This document shows, one piece after another, positions 61,039 through 64,000 of a stretch of 64,000 nt of DNA. Made by a program: the position numbers and the translations under genes. How positions within the stretch are numbered: position 1 is the first letter of the stretch; each line of letters opens with the position of its first letter. This DNA is from Lingula anatina (taxonomy: Eukaryota > Animalia > Brachiopoda), in NCBI GenBank assembly GCA_051362555.1, contig CM120640.1, positions 38,542,788-38,606,787 of the forward strand, given 5' to 3'. The notes under the pieces were generated by a model. That model was not told where the DNA came from and ran no database searches. It worked only from the letters and a program-made list of their open reading frames with translations.

Positions 61039-64000
61039 CTAATAATTGCAGCTGTATAATGTGTATTTTGGAAAAGGCCAACAAACCAGGGGTACTAACA
61101 GTGAGTCAATTTACACAGTAGGTGGCAAAATTCTGGATTATAAAATTACAGCTTGGAATCTCTTGATAAAAAAAGGGAATTCAGGAAGGAGATGGTCAAT
61201 GTGCTGCACTCCCTTAATTCTCTAGCTGTGGCCTATCATAGTACTTATTAAAATTTGTAGCGATCGATTATTTATTGACTTAATAAAACATATCTGTTTT
61301 TTTCTGATTATTCACACTCAGCATGTTGCACTTTTATGTGCAATTGCCATTCATTATCATTTGGTCTTAAGACATGACTGGATAATATTTGGGTCTTATA
61401 GACTGCTTGTCCAAGCACCACCCACTGTAAGCCAAGGCTCAAAGATCCCTCTGTCAACAGTCAGAAAAAGAAGAAAGGAGAGTAAAAGACACAGACCAGA
61501 TTATACTTGGAATAAAGGTGGAAGATTGAAAGAAATAAGGATAAGGTGATTTATTACATATATTGGTTCTTTAGGGATATAATGTTCAGGTAAAAGGATA
61601 AAATGAGGCATTCCTCTTTTTTTCTTTGATTTTTTTAAAAAGTCTTTGTTTTTGTAGTGGCCTCTCTACAGTAATTGCTGTGTGGCAGCATTATAAATAT
61701 TTTAAAATTTGAATGAATATGAATAGAAATTTAATTACAGTGAGTGTTAATAGACACCAAGTTTTAGTTTTAAAATTACCATAAGTTATACAAAATTATT
61801 TTCAGGCACTTGGCCAGAAAATATCTTTACATCTGGATTAGAAAAACATTTGGACGAGTTTTACCATCAGTAGCAAGGTGAGACATGACATATGAATGAA
61901 AACTACATTTGTTTGGAACCAAAACTTCAGAAGATTATTCAAGTTAGTTTTCAATTCATAATTGAATTTATGTTAGTTTTGTTTTTCTGTGAAAATAGTT
62001 AAAACATTTTTTCTTTCAAAACCAATTATAAGCTTAAAATATCTTTAGTCATGAATTTAACTTGTCAATGAGGGTGGGTATTATAATGTGGAATAGATTT
62101 ACAAAACTACTTAAAACTGGCAGCAAAAACCCTAGGTTTTAACTTAATATGCTGCAAATGCATGTGTTTTCTCCACTTTCAGAAAACATCACAATACACA
62201 AGTACTAAAACATGCCTTTGCAGAGTGGTATGAATTATGGTGGGTTGCAAGGAAAGAGTGGAGGCTGCAGGTCAGGGCAGAATGTCATAACAGGTACATT
62301 ATATATTGAAATGATTTTCTTTTGGGTGATATTTTAGAACTATGAAATACAAACAAAAAAATAAACATATATCGAACATTTACATAAAATACCAGTAGAA
62401 TGTTGATGCTGTAAACTGATCATAGATAGCATATATTTAATATAGTAAAAGCAGATATAATACTTGTAAATTGATTTTATTTGCCTTCACTTACAGGTAC
62501 CGTGTATGGAATGTAGTGTTTAAAGCATGGACAAGATACACTGTTCTTCAAAAGGTTAAGAATGCAAAGAAGGCAATGGCAGAGCGTCATGGTAAGACAG
62601 TGTCCAAGTAAATTGAAGTAATTGTTGAATTTAAAAGAGTGAGAGATGAATTAGAGCAAATATGATAATTGTAGAAAAGTTCTCTCTTTTAATCTTATTT
62701 TTTATTGATGGAATTTGTCTACCAGGTAATGTCAGAGTGCTGAGTAGAGCTTGGCAAGCCTGGAGGCTCTATATCAGGATCAGGAGAACTAAGAAAGGTT
62801 TATCAACCAGAGCTAGAGCATTTGCCACTGAAAACTTATTGAGGTAATATAGATAATTTTTACTATTACCGTATTATATCTAACCAGCATGTTAGTTTAT
62901 GTATATTTGATTAAATGAGATCATGTTACATGTTTACTACAACAAAAATACAACTTTGACGAGGTGATTGATTTATGAATTAATGTGTGATGGGGAATTA
63001 AAATACTTTATTATGTTATGTTTTAGATCCTGTTGGATACGCTGGGTGATGGCTTTTGACAAAAGACAAGAACAAAAGGATGTAGAAGTATTTGCACTGC
63101 AAATTTGGGCAGAAAAACTGCAAGCACAGGTGGGTTATATCCTATATCCTTGTGGAAGGTCATTTTTTAATTTACTTTTGTTACAGAAAAAATATATTTT
63201 GTGATACCTTTTAGATGTTAGAAATCATTTGATGAAATAAGGATGCTATGGTGAATTTATGTTTTTAAGATTTGATTTTTTGTCCTCCTTTTAACTTATA
63301 GTGTTGTTCAGAGGCTTTATTTTTATCAGAGTGAAAATTCTTCTTGTTATTCTGCATTACATTCCTTAAATGGCTGAAATTTAATAGCTATATTAAATTG
63401 CCTATATCAAATATTCTAGTGTTGGTTGAAGTGGAAAGCAGCATTCAAGGCTCGTCAGCAGGTGTATTTTAAGTCCAGGGTTGCAGAGAAACACAGAGAT
63501 GTCAGACTTCTTTCAAGGTGCTGGAAAGGATGGTTACTTCATGTTATTATCAGGAGGAGAAAGAAAACACAAAAAGGTGACAAACAACTTATTATATTTC
63601 TCTGTTATATATTCATGACTACAATAAAGGACAAAAATAGCAAAACATTAGTTTGGCACTAGCAGTGTATATTGCCTAATGTTATTGAAAAATAAAATAA
63701 ACTTCTTTTCCAAGTTTGCTGATCTATTGAACAGTATGTTGAAGAAAGAAAATCCAAAAAAGACAAAAATAAATGCGTTTGAAAGGATTGCATACTGCTT
63801 TAAATTACTATAGTTGTTTTCCTTTTTTTATGTTAATTGTAATTTTCAGAAAATAGAACAGAAGTAACTTTAAAGTAAGTTTAAAAACACAATATAAAGT
63901 AAACATATATTTTGTCATGTGTTTGCCAGATGTTGCCATGATGATGTACCAGAACAACTTAAAGCAGCGTCTCTTTAGAATCTGGTGTAAAAGATGTCAT
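60640..64000 (+). CDS. SFI1: Centrin-binding centrosomal protein SFI1 homolog, 3'-partial. Exons 60640-60971, 61402-61545, 61806-61877, 62183-62293, 62497-62591, 62726-62843, 63027-63129, 63420-63576, 63930->64000.
   Basis: [67 protein letters not shown] resembles the human SFI1 N-terminus, followed by Trp-spaced Sfi1 repeats. Exons are in frame. Confidence 0.88.

Overview
This is AT-rich, intron-rich eukaryotic DNA, most likely from a marine invertebrate bilaterian (a lophotrochozoan-like guess from gene and repeat content; species not identifiable). Most ORF-track entries are spurious or are single exons of spliced genes. I reconstructed exons by hand using GT-AG boundaries and frame continuity. 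Genes: 3' part of LHPP (+); complete KCTD9 (-); an FMRFamide/peptide-receptor-like class A GPCR (+); three tandem 3-exon GT14 beta-1,6-GlcNAc-transferases of the GCNT family (-), two of them from a ~5 kb duplication whose edge lies inside the GPCR; a complete 18-exon GH59 galactocerebrosidase-like gene (-); and the 5' part of SFI1 (+), head-to-head with GALC. Mobile DNA: two inverted copies of a non-autonomous Helentron-like (HINE/DINE-type) element with a 146-bp internal satellite, a second HINE family, PIF/Harbinger, Tc1/mariner, EnSpm-like, foldback and CAGGG-ended MITEs, a LINE relic and a 35-bp minisatellite. Highlights: (1) about 22 tandem AGGTCA-A-AGGTCA (DR1) nuclear-receptor elements carried by the Helentron in a GALC intron; (2) a duplicated in-frame alternative N-terminal GALC exon, plus loss of galactose-pocket residues; (3) purely non-synonymous divergence of the young GCNT paralogs at the acceptor-specificity loop; (4) inverted TE copies in phase-0 introns that could produce in-frame LHPP/GALC fusions. 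No prokaryotic system or CRISPR array is present. All homology calls come from remembered motifs, not from database searches.
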